Shown in pieces: positions 51,148-63,874 of a stretch of DNA of 64,000 bases. The stretch's first letter is position 1. Each line of letters starts with the position of its first letter. The translations under genes and the position numbers were made by a program. This DNA comes from Chrysomallon squamiferum. Taxonomy: Eukaryota > Animalia > Mollusca. Location: the NCBI GenBank assembly GCA_012295275.1, contig CM022677.1, positions 930,001 through 994,000 of the forward strand. The letters are read 5' to 3'. The notes beneath the pieces were generated by a model. The model saw nothing but the letters and a program-made list of their open reading frames with translations, was not told the DNA's origin and searched no databases.

Positions 51148-51502
51148 TATTTGTAAAATACTACATTGATAATCAATGTTCTATGCTTATTCTACTTTGA
51201 AAATCAATGATAATATTAACAATTAAATGATAGCTATGTTTCTTATATAGGTGTTATACAAACATGAAAGAAAACCAGTTTATAAGGAAACATTTTGTTT
51301 TCAACATTTTTAGTAGTGAGAAAATATTTTATTAGTAAAATTGTACAAAACATTTTAGAATTGCATAACAAATTTTGAAACTTCCAAGGCAATTTACATG
51401 ATAATGACCAAAATGTTTCCTGTATTATGTGTATCATCTATATGTATTAAATCAGAAGTTATGTAACCCAATCAATTTGATCATCATCATCATCATCATC
51501 TC

Positions 51503-51519
51503 TGTCCCTCTGTATGTGT

Positions 51520-51572
<53 letters not shown>
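51503..51572. repeat. (TG)n microsatellite
   Basis: Long TG run upstream of the ZCCHC9 coding region. Confidence 0.95.
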
Positions 51573-51574
<2 letters not shown>

Positions 51575-52019
51575 GACAATGAATTTGATCTGGAGAGAGA
51601 AAGAAAATTAATTTGACAAATGAGACTGTTTACAGTTTTATTTGACTTTTTTTTAATATAAAATACTATCGTAACTATAAAATAGTTGATTAAAAAGGAG
51701 AAAATCAAAACCAGAAAAGTTAAATAAACTGTCAGATAATCATAATGAAGCCCACCCGATTCGCTAATAGTAATAATAATAATCATATTAATAAATATGT
51801 GTGCATTATTATATACTAATATATAGTAATATATTTTCATATTTTAAAGAATATATATTATATGTCGACATCAATAAAAATATAAAAATAAAAATTATTT
51901 AAGCATTAGCTGTCCAAAATTCTTACACTATTGTTTTCGTAATTTTGATGTGATGCTTAGAAACCTCTACATCTTCACGAATTCAATACGAACTTTACAA
52001 CATGTGTTTATCTTTATGG

Positions 52020-52135
52020 TGTTACCGGTTCCATAAATAACTTCCGTTTCAGCTGTAAGAAATATATCTATTGGTTTTCTTGAATTTGGTCAACCAATAG
52101 AAAAACTTTTATTAAATGTAATACACGTGCATGTC
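52020..52135. promoter_or_regulatory. Putative bidirectional promoter of ZCCHC9 and TTC37
   Basis: ACTTCCG (about 52040), oppositely oriented CCAAT boxes (attgg 52070, ccaat 52094) and a CACGTG E-box (52124) between divergent genes. A minus-strand donor-like gtaaga lies at 51926-51921. Confidence 0.5.
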
Positions 52136-53147
52136 AAGAAAATAGTGTAGACTGAATGTTTAGTACGTATACTGACAAATGTTTAGGGGGTTGGGGAATG
52201 GAACTTTTTTCTATAAACAGAACCACGTTTTAATTTAATATCAGAATAACAACCTATAAAATATTTATAATTTAGATTAGGTAGTAACTCAATTTATAAA
52301 ATGTCACTTTCATAAATCGTACTTAATCAAATAACTACTGAATTATCATTTATGAGAAACTTACCTCTGTGGTTGTAAAATAAAACCTGTTCACGAACGA
52401 CAACTCTTACTCAGAAATGATCTCATATTCGTCTATCAATTGAAACCAGCCTAAAACATAATATTTATCTCTGTAAGTCTACCTCTATTCAGATCTACAT
52501 AACAAAGAACATTTTAATGATAATGCAGATTTCATAAAAATATTTTTGAAAATAATTTTTTTTTTTACATCAGCTAGGCTATTTTTTTTTTTTTTTTTTT
52601 TTTAACCCAAAAAATATCAAAATGCCGATACCTGGAAAGTGGATTTTTGAAACATTTGAAATGCGAAACCTTTTACACTGTTATAGATGTCTTCAAAATA
52701 TTTTTTTATTTGTTTTTATATTTGGGATTGGTTGGGTTTTAATTGGTATAGAATGAATCATGCGTTAGCACCGGTACTTGAGAAATGTTGATCATTCTCT
52801 TATCTTTGAAAATATTAATTTAATAATTAATGTCATTCCAATTTATTTTTTAATACATATCTTAATTTATTTATTTATTTTATTTTATTTTTTTGACAGC
52901 TGTATCTAAGCATTAATTAGTAGTTTGAAATACTTGTTTGACAACTTTCTAATTAAATTATTTCCTTACACAAATGATACATATCTCCATTATCTGCATT
53001 TTTATTTTCTTAGTTTTTATTGGGTCACTTAAAAAAATAAATAGAAGTAACAGCATAACAAGTATGTATGCATAACGGATTACTTTTCATTATCATTCAC
53101 ATTTCAGAATAGTTGTTATTTATCAGATGAAATCACTGGATTGAAAC

Positions 53148-54520
53148 ATGGATGCCAAAGAAGTAAAAGCGACTTTGAAGAAAGCCAGAAATGCTATACA
53201 AAATAAAGAATTCAAAGAAGCCCTCAAATGTTGCAAGGTTAATATACTGACAGACACATGTACACTGCTACATGTCATAAAACTGTCACAGTCAGTATCA
53301 CTCTTAGCGATAACCAAAGTATAAGTTTAATTAATAAATTATACTGAAAAACATTAATGAAAAGTTAACAGGCATAGATGAATGTGATTGAAGTTGATGA
53401 ATCTAGATCTCTAAACATTTATGTATTTATTTAAATAATTCTGTTTCTCACTTCTTCATTCGTATTGTAAGATTTACAAATATTTATAGATGGATATAGG
53501 CAGACACACAAACAGAATTCTGTATGTTCAGCAAAAAAGTTAATTTTTCATCAAGGAGATCCATTGGAATTGTCATAAATGAATTTATTCGTAAAGTTAT
53601 ATTTAGAGGAAATGATCATGCTGACAAAGGTTGTTGTATTTATTATTTAATTACTTAAAACATTTTTATCTTCACTTTTTATTTCTACAGAGTGTTCTGG
53701 CACATGATAAAACAAACTACAATGCCCTGGTGTTTGTGGGCGTGGCAGCAGAAGGGTTGGAGCAGACCGATCAAGCCCTGAAGGCTTATAAAAAAGCTAC
53801 AAGTGAATGTCCAAATCAGCTTCTTGCTTGGCAGGTGCTGTTTCATTTTACCCAGTTCTAATTTATAGTGATATAAAGGCTTAAACACATTGTCAGCACC
53901 TTCATCTTACTGTGGCATTTATGTGTGAAGAATAAATAGAATTGTATTTACTTTTTTATTATAATTATTTTATTTTATTTTATTTTATTTATTTTTATTT
54001 TTTTATTTTTGTTATTTTGGTGGGGATGGCTTAACATGAATTCATAAAATCCAGTACTCTTCTATGCCTTGAATACCACAAAAGAAGAACATTGAAACTG
54101 ATGCAGAATGCATGTATCTGCTGCAATTGGAACAAATACATATATATTTCTATTTATTTAAATCTGTATATTTCTGACATTTCCTAATAATCTTTTTAGC
54201 ATTCTTTTTAAATTTATTTCAAATTTTTGTCTTGGTCCTTTTGACATTTCCAGTACATAAAACTGAGTAAATGTAAATGTAACTTGCTGTAAGAACATGG
54301 AGGCATCTTTTTCTTTACTTTCAGGGTTTATGTGCATTCTATGAAAAAAACCCAAACCCAGAAAATAACAAAGATCTTGTGCAAGTTTATGAACAACTAC
54401 TGACACTTCATACAAAGTAAGATTTGAGCAAGTATTTGTGTTTGTGTATGCATCTGTATGTGTGTTTGTGTCTGAATGTGTGTGTGTCTGGTCATGTAAA
54501 TATTAAATTGATTAGTTATG

Positions 54521-54563
<43 letters not shown>

Positions 54564-57500
54564 TATAATACAGTTTTTACTTCAAATCATTTGTATATAT
54601 TTCTTTTATTATATTGTTTTGTTATTTCACTTTAATTTGAAAATGGTTGTTCAGCAAACTTCTTTTTCAAACAAAGTCATAATTAATTTATGTTTAGGAT
54701 TTGATTTAAATAGTATGTGTCTGTGTAAATGTTTCATGTTGTTTATCAGTTTTTACAAAATTTACTTCATACTGATAAGAGCTAAAAAATGTTTTTAAAC
54801 AATATTATTCATGAGGAAGCTGGCACAGAAACTTCCAAAATAATTAAAATAAAAATTCTGAATTCAAAGACTACCTAAAGTATGTTGTTTATTAGAATAA
54901 GAAAAGGTTTCAAATTTTAAAAAACAAATTTTCCAGTGCAAAAGAAAAAGAAATTGAAATAACAAAGAAGTTAATAATTTTGCTGGCATCCATGAAAGAA
55001 GAAGAAGAAAAGGTGAGTTGTCAGAAATAATTATATACAGTTTGTTTTAAATGGATCTCATCATCTTTACAGACAAATATCTTACAAAATTAATATTGTA
55101 TGATGTAGTTTCCACTCTATAAGAAAATAAACAAAAAACCCAAACATTTCTGCTTGATAAGAAAAGCCTAAAACAAAGTTGAGAAGTGTTGCATTTATCC
55201 ATGAATGAGCATTTTAATTGATTTCTTTGGACTTCTGTCACTATCCATATCAAATATTTTTATTTCATTAATGAAATAAAGTATATATTTTTAAGGTAGC
55301 TTATATATATATTTATGAAATATTTGAATATTATTATTTGAAATGTGAGAAGTATTTGTTGTTTGAAGGTGATGAAGCTGTTTGGAAGTCTGGTCTGTGA
55401 AGGACATACAGAGACAGTGAGAGAGATTGTCTCAGTGATACAGAGAGACACGTCTCACAGTGAAACACTTGTAAGTTTGACTTGTACAAACCAGCTTTGA
55501 ACTCCCAGAACTCTAAACTGAAGCTTGGGAAATTAATAAAATGTATTTGAGCTTTTAGACAATAATATATAATATTTTTCTTATAACCAATAATCATAAT
55601 AAATTTACATTTCATTTAGGTTGTTATCCAAAATTACTTTGTATTCTTACTGTTCTACCATTAACAATTTTTCATTCATATCCATGGTTTTGCACAGTTT
55701 AAATTTTATGTTTTTACAGTTTAAACAATGTATTATAAAACTTTGTTGAAAATCGTAGCTAAATTTCAGAATTAACATGTTTTTTGTTTTTGTTAAATAT
55801 CAAAAATATTTCAGGAAAAATCTTCATGTTTACAACGTGGTAACAAAACTAAAATTAAATTGATTGTTGGAAATCATCTAATATTCAGCTAGTCTTCTCT
55901 CTGTCTCTATGTCTCTTTTGCTCTGTCTCTTTTTCTGACTGTCTTTCTGTCTGCCTCTCTCTCTCTCTCTCCCACCCACCCTCCCTCCCTCTGTGTAAAC
56001 TGGACATAATTTTGATTAACACCTGTATGCAAACATTTTCAGGCAGATGTTATTCATTAAGCAGTCTTAGTGAAATGTCACTGTTTAACTGGGTAATCTT
56101 TCCCATTACACCTCTGTACTCCTTTCTGTCTGTGGGAAAGTCCATATAAAGTAGTTTCCTCATTATCAGAGCTAACAACACTGAATATAAACAGTTCATT
56201 ATTAATTCTAGTTTTCTGCTTGTTTCTAAAGTTGTTGAGGATGCTGAACAATGCTGTGTCACTGTCTGACTTTCTTCAGGATGAGGTGATGATAAAAAAA
56301 TATCTTGACCTACTTGTTAAGGTGAGCCACATACATAAGTGATTAAATAAAACAAAATTTGATAATTAACAACTATGGTCAATGATTTTTAACTTGTGGA
56401 AAATTAGTTTAAAGCTGAAAATTGAATCATTAAAATAAAATAATTATAAAAGGAAATATTAATATTATATGTATGAATATATGTGTGTATGTATATGTGT
56501 ATGTAAGTGTGTGTGTGTGAGTGTGTGTGTAAAATATGTAGGGAAACATCAAGAAAGTTTTTCTAAATAAATATAAATGTATTTTCAGAATTGTGATGTA
56601 CAAAATATTGAAAAAGTTTGTAGTCGACTTCATGAACAGTTTCCTTCCATGTGTGCTCCATTGCAGATGTTGCTGCAGCTGCTGTTAGACAAGAACATGG
56701 GTAAACTCAGTGTTAATGCTGTCTTTGTGTGTGAGTGTGCACGTTCCTTACACATTTTCATTCTGTTCCATTCACAATGTGTAATATAACAGAAAATAAA
56801 AATAACACTGAAACTAAAGCAGGTAACGTTAGTTTATCAGTTTTGAGACAAATCAGTGTTTTTTGTTTTTCTGTTGTCAGGATGTGAGCTGGTTGATGAA
56901 CAAATCAGACGTCTTAGTGAGAAGCTGAGAACTTTGGACAATGGTGAATCTACTGCCATAGCACATATAGCAACAGGCTACCTTGATTTATGTGGAAAGA
57001 AATTTGTACAGGCCAGGGAACATATTCAAAAAGGTATTCTGTGTTGTATTAGGTTTGTATACAAAACAGATGTTGGTAAAAGTCAGTCATTGTTGTTGTT
57101 TGTGATAAAAACATATTAGTGAATTACACTGTTTATTTTATCACTCAGTATGGGGTGAGGGGGCAAATGTTTTCCCCACCCCTTCTTTGTAGGTGCAGAT
57201 TTTAGTATTTATTTCTAAATATGATAATATAAATCAGTAGAAATAACAAAAGTAAAATCTGTTTGTTGTCATGTTACTAAGACAGTGTATATTTACAGGT
57301 GTAGATGCTGACTCATCACTGGTGTGTGGACACTACTATCTGTCCAGGAGTCTGTTTCATATCCATGCTGACTCAGACTGCATCCAGGCCTGTCTCACTG
57401 GTACAGTCTCTGATTAAAGCTTTTTATTTACACCGCACATTTTATTTATAACTATAAAAAGTAATGTATCATTCTTTTATTACAATAGTCTTTTTATAGC

Positions 57501-60500
57501 AAATCCATTTAGATTATTTAATATTTGACTGACGTGTTTGTTAGTTCTCCATCTTTCTCTTCTTTTTGTTTCTCTGTGATTCCTTACTGCACATTCTTAC
57601 CAAGTATCTCTGTCCTTCTGACAGTTTCTCTCAAATTTATGGAGCTATTAAAAATTGGTTCACCTTTCTGTTTAATCCAAATTAATTTATTAAATGTTTG
57701 TAAATGAATAAATTTTATTACTCTAATTACCTAATTATTATTATTATACTGCTGTTTTCCAGGTCTGAGTTCACTGGAGAAGAAACAGATGAGAATAACA
57801 GTGTCCAGACAGTCTGGTACAGACATTGTTAAAGTTAATTCAGACAAAATGTCTCATTAGAAAAGGGACTGAGGCTTCACTGAGACAAGCAGAAGACATT
57901 CTGACAAAGGTATGATAAACAAGAATAGTCTTGAGCTTTGAAATTAATATCTATTCTGAGCACTTCTAACAAATCCATGAGGATATTTTGGTATTTTTTT
58001 TTAATTATTATTATTACTGCTACTACTACTTCTACTATTATTATTATCATCATTATTATCATTATTATTGTATTATTATTATTATTATTATTGTTATTAT
58101 TGTTGTTACTGTGGTTATTTTTTATCTTCATAAAAGTTAATTCATTTTATATAATGCTGCAAACTGAACGTTGTTTTTACATCTAAAGTTAATTATGAAT
58201 AATTTGTGTTAATTATGAATCACACTGTTTCAGATGAATGATGTAAAACATGAGGATGTTCAGTTCTGCTTGGCTTTGATTCACATCGCTAAACAAGACA
58301 TGGAGAATGTGGAGGTTTGTATTCATTTTTTTTTTTTTTTTTTCCACACAGACAAGATTGTTTACATATTGTCAGTTATTTACCCAGACACATCTCTTAT
58401 ATACAATTTATATATTTGTTAACTTTTTCTTCTTTTTCATTTTGTTTTAATGCAGTTCACTTTTAATACAAATCTAAAATGAAATGTAATTGAGATGAAA
58501 AAGTGTTGTTATAAATCATCCAGTTTAATTGTGATCTGCATTCTCAGCAGTAAGCAGTCAGGTTAAAATATCCAGTCTTGAAAACATTAAACTATCCAGT
58601 CTTGAAAACAGTAAACTATCCAGTCTTGAAAACATTAAACTATCCAGTCTTGAAAACATCAAACTATCCAGTCTTGAAAACATGAAACTATCCAGTCTTG
58701 AAAACATTAAAATATCCAGTTTCGAAAACATTAAACTATCCAGTCTTGAAAACATTAAAATATCCAGTCTTGAAAACATTAAAATATCCAGTCTTGAAAA
58801 CATTGAAACATCCAGTCTTGAAAACATTAAAATATCCAGTCTTGAAAACAGTAAAATATCCAGTCTTGAAAACATTAAAATATCCAGTCTTGAAAACATT
58901 AAAATATCCAGTCTTGAAAACATTTGAATATCCAGTCTTGAAAACATTAAAATATCCAGTCTTGAAAACATTAAATTATCCAGTCTTGAAAACATTAAAA
59001 TGTAAGATAGTTGTAGTTCTACTCTAATCAGTGTAAATGTTGTCCTGGTATATTTTTTATTTTAAATGTTTTTAATTTTCTAACTTGTTTGTTTTAGAAA
59101 TGCATTTCTCTGTCATCAATGGAAAGCAAGAAAAAAATATTTCTGACTGGTCTGAAATTGTTTAGCCTGAAACATTTTGAAGAGGCACTGAAGAGGTTTG
59201 TTTGGATTATTTTGATAATAACATAGTTCAGTGTAATGTGCATAAGAAACATTGTTAAACCTCACAGAGACTTGAGAGAAATGTGATGTCAAAATGTACA
59301 TGTTAAACTGCACAGAGAGAAATGTGATGTCAAAATGTACGTGGGCTGGCTGACAGCACACTTAACAAGCCAGTGTCTGTGTGTGTGTGAGTGTGTCCTT
59401 ACACAAACATCTATACACACAATGTGTCTCATTATATTTTATCTCTGTGCACATATGTACATGTTTATGTATGTTTTGTGCAAATACCTATATGATGTAT
59501 AAATTCAAATACACGTATATAATTTCAGTTTTAATGAAGCTGTTTACTAATGTGTGTTTAAGTGTTGTGTGTGTGTGTGTATGTGTGTGTGTTTTGTGTT
59601 GAGTTGTTTTGTGTTACGGTTTCAGCATACATAATATATATTGAAAATCATATAAACATCCACACATGTATATAATTTCAGTTTTAATGAAGCTGTTTAC
59701 TAATGTGTGTTTAAGTGTGTGTCTTGTGTTGTGTTGTTTTGTGTTACGGTTTCAGCATACATAATATATATTGAAAATCATACAAACATCCAAACATGTA
59801 TATAATTTCAGTTTTAATGAGGCTGTTGTACACGATGCAGATAACAGCGAGGTTCACTTCATGCTTGGTAAAACGCTGTGGGAACTGAGAACGTCAGAGC
59901 AAAGTGAAGTAACAAAAAAGAAATGTATTGAGGCTTTACTTAAGGTTTGTTTTACTTTATTTATCAGAACATTAGATTTTTGCAAAATAGTTCTAAAAGT
60001 TTTAACACTGTTCTTTCAATATAAGTTGTTTTTATAATCGTGCCTACTTTTTTTTCAATTAAAGTGAATAAATAAAACACAAAAGGACCCTAGATGTTGA
60101 CTCATTATAAAATAACTAATATACAACAGTTCAGCTGTCACAGAATAATGACAAGGTTACACATCTGAGATCTATAACACATACATTCCAAAGATTTAGA
60201 AACTTACTGAAATGTTTCATTTTCAGTAAATAATGTTATTGTTATGATAGCTTTTTTTTCAATTCAAAACAAATAAAAACTATCAACAAATGTAGTAAAT
60301 GTAAAGACTGAAATTTCACCATGGACCCATTTTTTTGAGATATTAAAATGATTCAGTTAACTATTACAATTTTGTTTCGCACTATTTTGCTTCTTGGGAG
60401 AAACTGTTTTACAACACATTTAAATCTGGTGTTTCTAAATTCATTTTTCTGTCTCAGCTCCCTATCAGTAATAAAATACATTACTTTATTCTTTTTCTCT

Positions 60501-63500
60501 TACACAACACATTCACTGTATTACTTTCTGTAACTGTTCTCATTACACAGGCTGCTCAACTTGATCCTTACAACAGTCACATATTTTTATACCTGGGTCA
60601 CTTCTACAAAGAAATCCAAAATGATAATGTGTAAGTAAAGATTGTTATTTTTGACACCTGTTTATACTTGTTTGTGCATGTTTATGTGTTTTTGTTTCAT
60701 ATTCTTCTTTTTTAAAATGTTCCTCATTTACAGTTAATGTAAAATCAAAGTTAGATTTAGTTACTGCTAAATAAATATTAAAAATAAAGCTTTTTCTGAA
60801 ATATTCACATACTAAAACATGTATAATATAATAAATAACAATGTGGACCATAACAAACTAATACAACTTCTTAAAGATGAAAAATGCAAAACAGATGAAA
60901 TTCAACTTACAACCTGTTACAGGTTACATATTATCATGTTAAAGATTTTCTAGTTGTTAGACATATAATAAATATTAATATTTCTATATTGATGGAGGCA
61001 CATATCTAAAGAACAAGTTTATTTTTTTTTAAATATTTTTAGTTCTAAAAAAACAAAATAACAACAAAAGAAACAGCAAACCCTCCCCCCCCAAAAAAAA
61101 ATGTTTTTGTCTTGTCTGTAACTAAAAGTGACAAATACACTGAAGTAACAGGCGTGTTCTGTTACAGGAGGGCAAGGAAGTGTTACCAGAAAGCGTTTCA
61201 GCTGGACAACTCCAGCGAGGAAGCTGGAGCTGCTCTCTGTGACATGATGGTCGCCATGGGTGACGAGGTGATTATGCTTTCATTTAGTGTATGAAATTCT
61301 CATGAGACAACTTTTTGATGTGTGTGTGAGTCTGTGTTTCTTTTTGTTTTGTCTTTGTGTGCAAGCATGAATGTGTCGTTGTGTTCTTGTGAGTGTGTAC
61401 ATGTGAGGGTGAAAGTTTAGAATTGTACATACATTCACATTTGATGTACAGTATATAAATATAATCTTTGCTAGTCTTTTTTTTATTATTATTATTATTT
61501 ATTACTAATAAGATGTTATATTTTCTGTGTTAAATTTCTGGTAAAATAAGCACACATTACAGTAATGGTGTCACTGGTTATTTTGTAGGAAGCTGCTAAA
61601 AGTTTGCTTCTCTCTGTCACAGATCAGTGTCTGGCTGCCAGGTTGGTCTCTGTTCTCTACAAACTCTATTTTATAAAACTCTATTTTATAACACACACAT
61701 GCAGGTTGTCATTTGTTTTTAGTATTTTTTTTTCTTTTTCAGTTATTATTCATTGTTTACCAGAGTCATGTTGTAATTTTATTTATCCTTTCATCCTCTC
61801 AGTCATTCTTTCACTTGTTCAATCATGCACTAGTCACTGACGTATATTACTATTCATTTCATCTTTTACTAAATCCCTCACAAAAACAGCTTACTAACAA
61901 GTGGCTGATTTTGTTACCCCTGTTTGGAATCTTTCAGTGGGAAGTGGGCGTGGCTGCGCCTGGGGCTGTATCAGATGAAACATGAAGATCCCTCTGTGGC
62001 CATCAAGTCCTTCCAGTCGGCTCTGAGAGCTGACCCTGCTGACCAGTGAGTGACACACAGAATACTTTAACACAGAACCTTTTATATTTTATTAGAACTG
62101 TTTAAATTTCAAAAATAACAGATTAAGTAGCAGCAATGTGATGATGAGTGTTTGAATGTGTTAGTTTGTTAGTGACATGGTTTCTCACAGACAGTTTAAC
62201 ACTTTCAGTCGTGTTTGGGAATGTGATGATGAGTGTTTGAATGTTGTTAGTTTGTTAGTGACATGGTTTCTCACAGACAGTTTAACACTTTCAGTCGTGT
62301 TTGGGAATGTGATGATGAGTGTTTGAATGTTTTAAATAGTTTGTTAGTGACATGGTTTCTCACAGACAGTTTAACACTTTCAGTCGTGTTTGGGAATGTG
62401 ATGATGAGTGTTTGAATGTTGTTAGTTTGTTAGTGACATGGTTTCTCACAGACAGTTTAACACTTTCAGTCGTGTTTGGGAATGTGATGATGAGTGTTTG
62501 AATGTTGTTAGTTTGTTAGTGACATGGTTTCTCACAGACAGTTTAACACTTTCAGTCGTGTTTGGGAATGTCTTGCTGAATCGTACCTGTACAGAGGCAG
62601 TTATACAGCAGCTCTCAAAGCTTTCAACAAAGCAGCTGAGGTCAGTTTATTTCTCTTTGTTAACATCTTACATCCGATATAAATGTAATATATAAAATAA
62701 TATAGCTTGTTTATTTTGTTAATTTTTCTAATTTCTATTAATTTTTTTTTTTCCTTTTATTTTATTTTTTCATATACGTATTCATTCATTCAGTAATTAT
62801 TTAATAAAATAACACTAACAGTATTAATACTGTTTCTTTTGATAGTGATAATCCTGTTGTCAGATTCTTTTCTAATCCTCAGGCAGCTATTAAATCTGCT
62901 TAGATGTTGAATTTGTTTAACAAGATGTCTGTATTTTTAAAAAGCTGTTTAACAGTTTTATCAGTTTTAACATTTTCATTACTTCACAGCTGGATCCAGA
63001 TTCTATGTACAGTCTGTACCAGTGAGTATTGTTTATTTGTTTGTTTGTTTTTTGTTTTGTTTTTTTGTTATATAACTTATCTGTAATACTTAGAAAAACT
63101 GTTTTACTTTTCTTTCTTTTTTTTTTTTAACTTTAATTCATTGCTGAAAATTTAATTGCAATTCAAAGAATATAGATGTTTGTGGCTGTTTTGAAAAAGT
63201 TTTCAGACTTGTTGTTGTTTTGTTGTATTTTGTTTAGGATGGCCAACATCAAGCAAGCTTTAGGTGAATTAACAGAAGCTATTAGCGAATACAAGACAAT
63301 ACTGACAAAATCACCTAACTACGTTCCAGCATTAAAAGGTATTTGAAATTAAAAATGTCATTGGTAACCTTTGATACATAACATAAAATTTTGTTTGTTC
63401 ATCCAAAATAATGTCAGTTGTTGGCAAAATGTTGAATGAATTTGATTTACAGTCTATAAAAAAAGAAGAAACAATTTGTATTTGTTCTTTACTCAGTGTT

Positions 63501-63874
63501 AAAACCTCCCTCTCACAAATTAACTGGTTATATTGATTTATGTTGTCAAGTTATATTGATCTGTGTTGTTTTACACCAGAATTTTGTCTTTCTGTTATAT
63601 TACAACAATTAAAATTAACTAATTAAATCATAACAGTTTAAAAAAACAAATAAATAAAAATAAAAAAAATATAAAAGGCACTTTACTTAGAGCTGTACAC
63701 ATTTGGATGAAATTCAGATCAGGTGTACTTCAAACAGTGATATAGAAAGACTGATGTTGTTTTTCTTTCAGGTGTTGGAGAAACATTAATGCTTCTTGCT
63801 AAAGAAAATCTTGGCAGATATTTAAATGATCTTGCTCGAGACAATTGTCAGGAAGCCATCGTGTACCTCACAAG
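53148..63874 (+). CDS. TTC37: TPR-repeat SKI-complex subunit TTC37/SKIC3, 5' portion (continues beyond window)
   Basis: Exons 53148-53237, 53691-53834, 54325-54416, 54937-55012, 55369-55470, 56232-56321, 56589-56700, 56881-57033, 57299-57400, 57763-57909 (apparent frameshift), 58234-58314, 59098-59195, 59812-59944, 60551-60630, 61168-61267, 61589-61641, 61938-62045, 62556-62640, 62990-63021, 63238-63338 and 63772-63874. Motifs [94 protein letters not shown] and YVPALKGVGE. Confidence 0.93.
58565..59001. repeat. 24-bp minisatellite (about 18 copies) in a TTC37 intron
   Basis: Unit aaaatatccagtcttgaaaacatt. The flanking exons 58234-58314 and 59098-59195 join in phase 0 without it. Confidence 0.95.
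59516..59828 (+). repeat. Triplicated TTC37 splice-acceptor segment (periods 153 and 130 bp)
   Basis: gtatataatttcag|ttttaatga(a/g)gctgtt with AG at 59527, 59680 and 59810. Only the last continues as coding sequence. Confidence 0.9.
62135..62571 (+). repeat. 86-bp minisatellite containing a TTC37 splice acceptor (5 copies)
   Basis: acagtttaacactttcag|tcgtgtttgggaatgt with AG at 62207, 62293, 62382, 62468 and 62554. Only the last continues into WECLAESY. Confidence 0.95.

Noticed and set aside
58558-59027. (MFSRLDIL)n and (KYPVLKTL)n repeat ORFs, superficially LRR-like
   Set aside because: Products of a 24-bp minisatellite; the flanking TTC37 exons join without it.
62138-62520. GTGATGA motifs in the 86-bp repeat as C/D snoRNA C boxes
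   Set aside because: No matching CTGA D box or terminal stem within the unit.
38053-62571. Regular repeat arrays as possible CRISPR arrays
   Set aside because: Units are head-to-tail with no unique spacers, there are no cas genes, and the context is eukaryotic introns.
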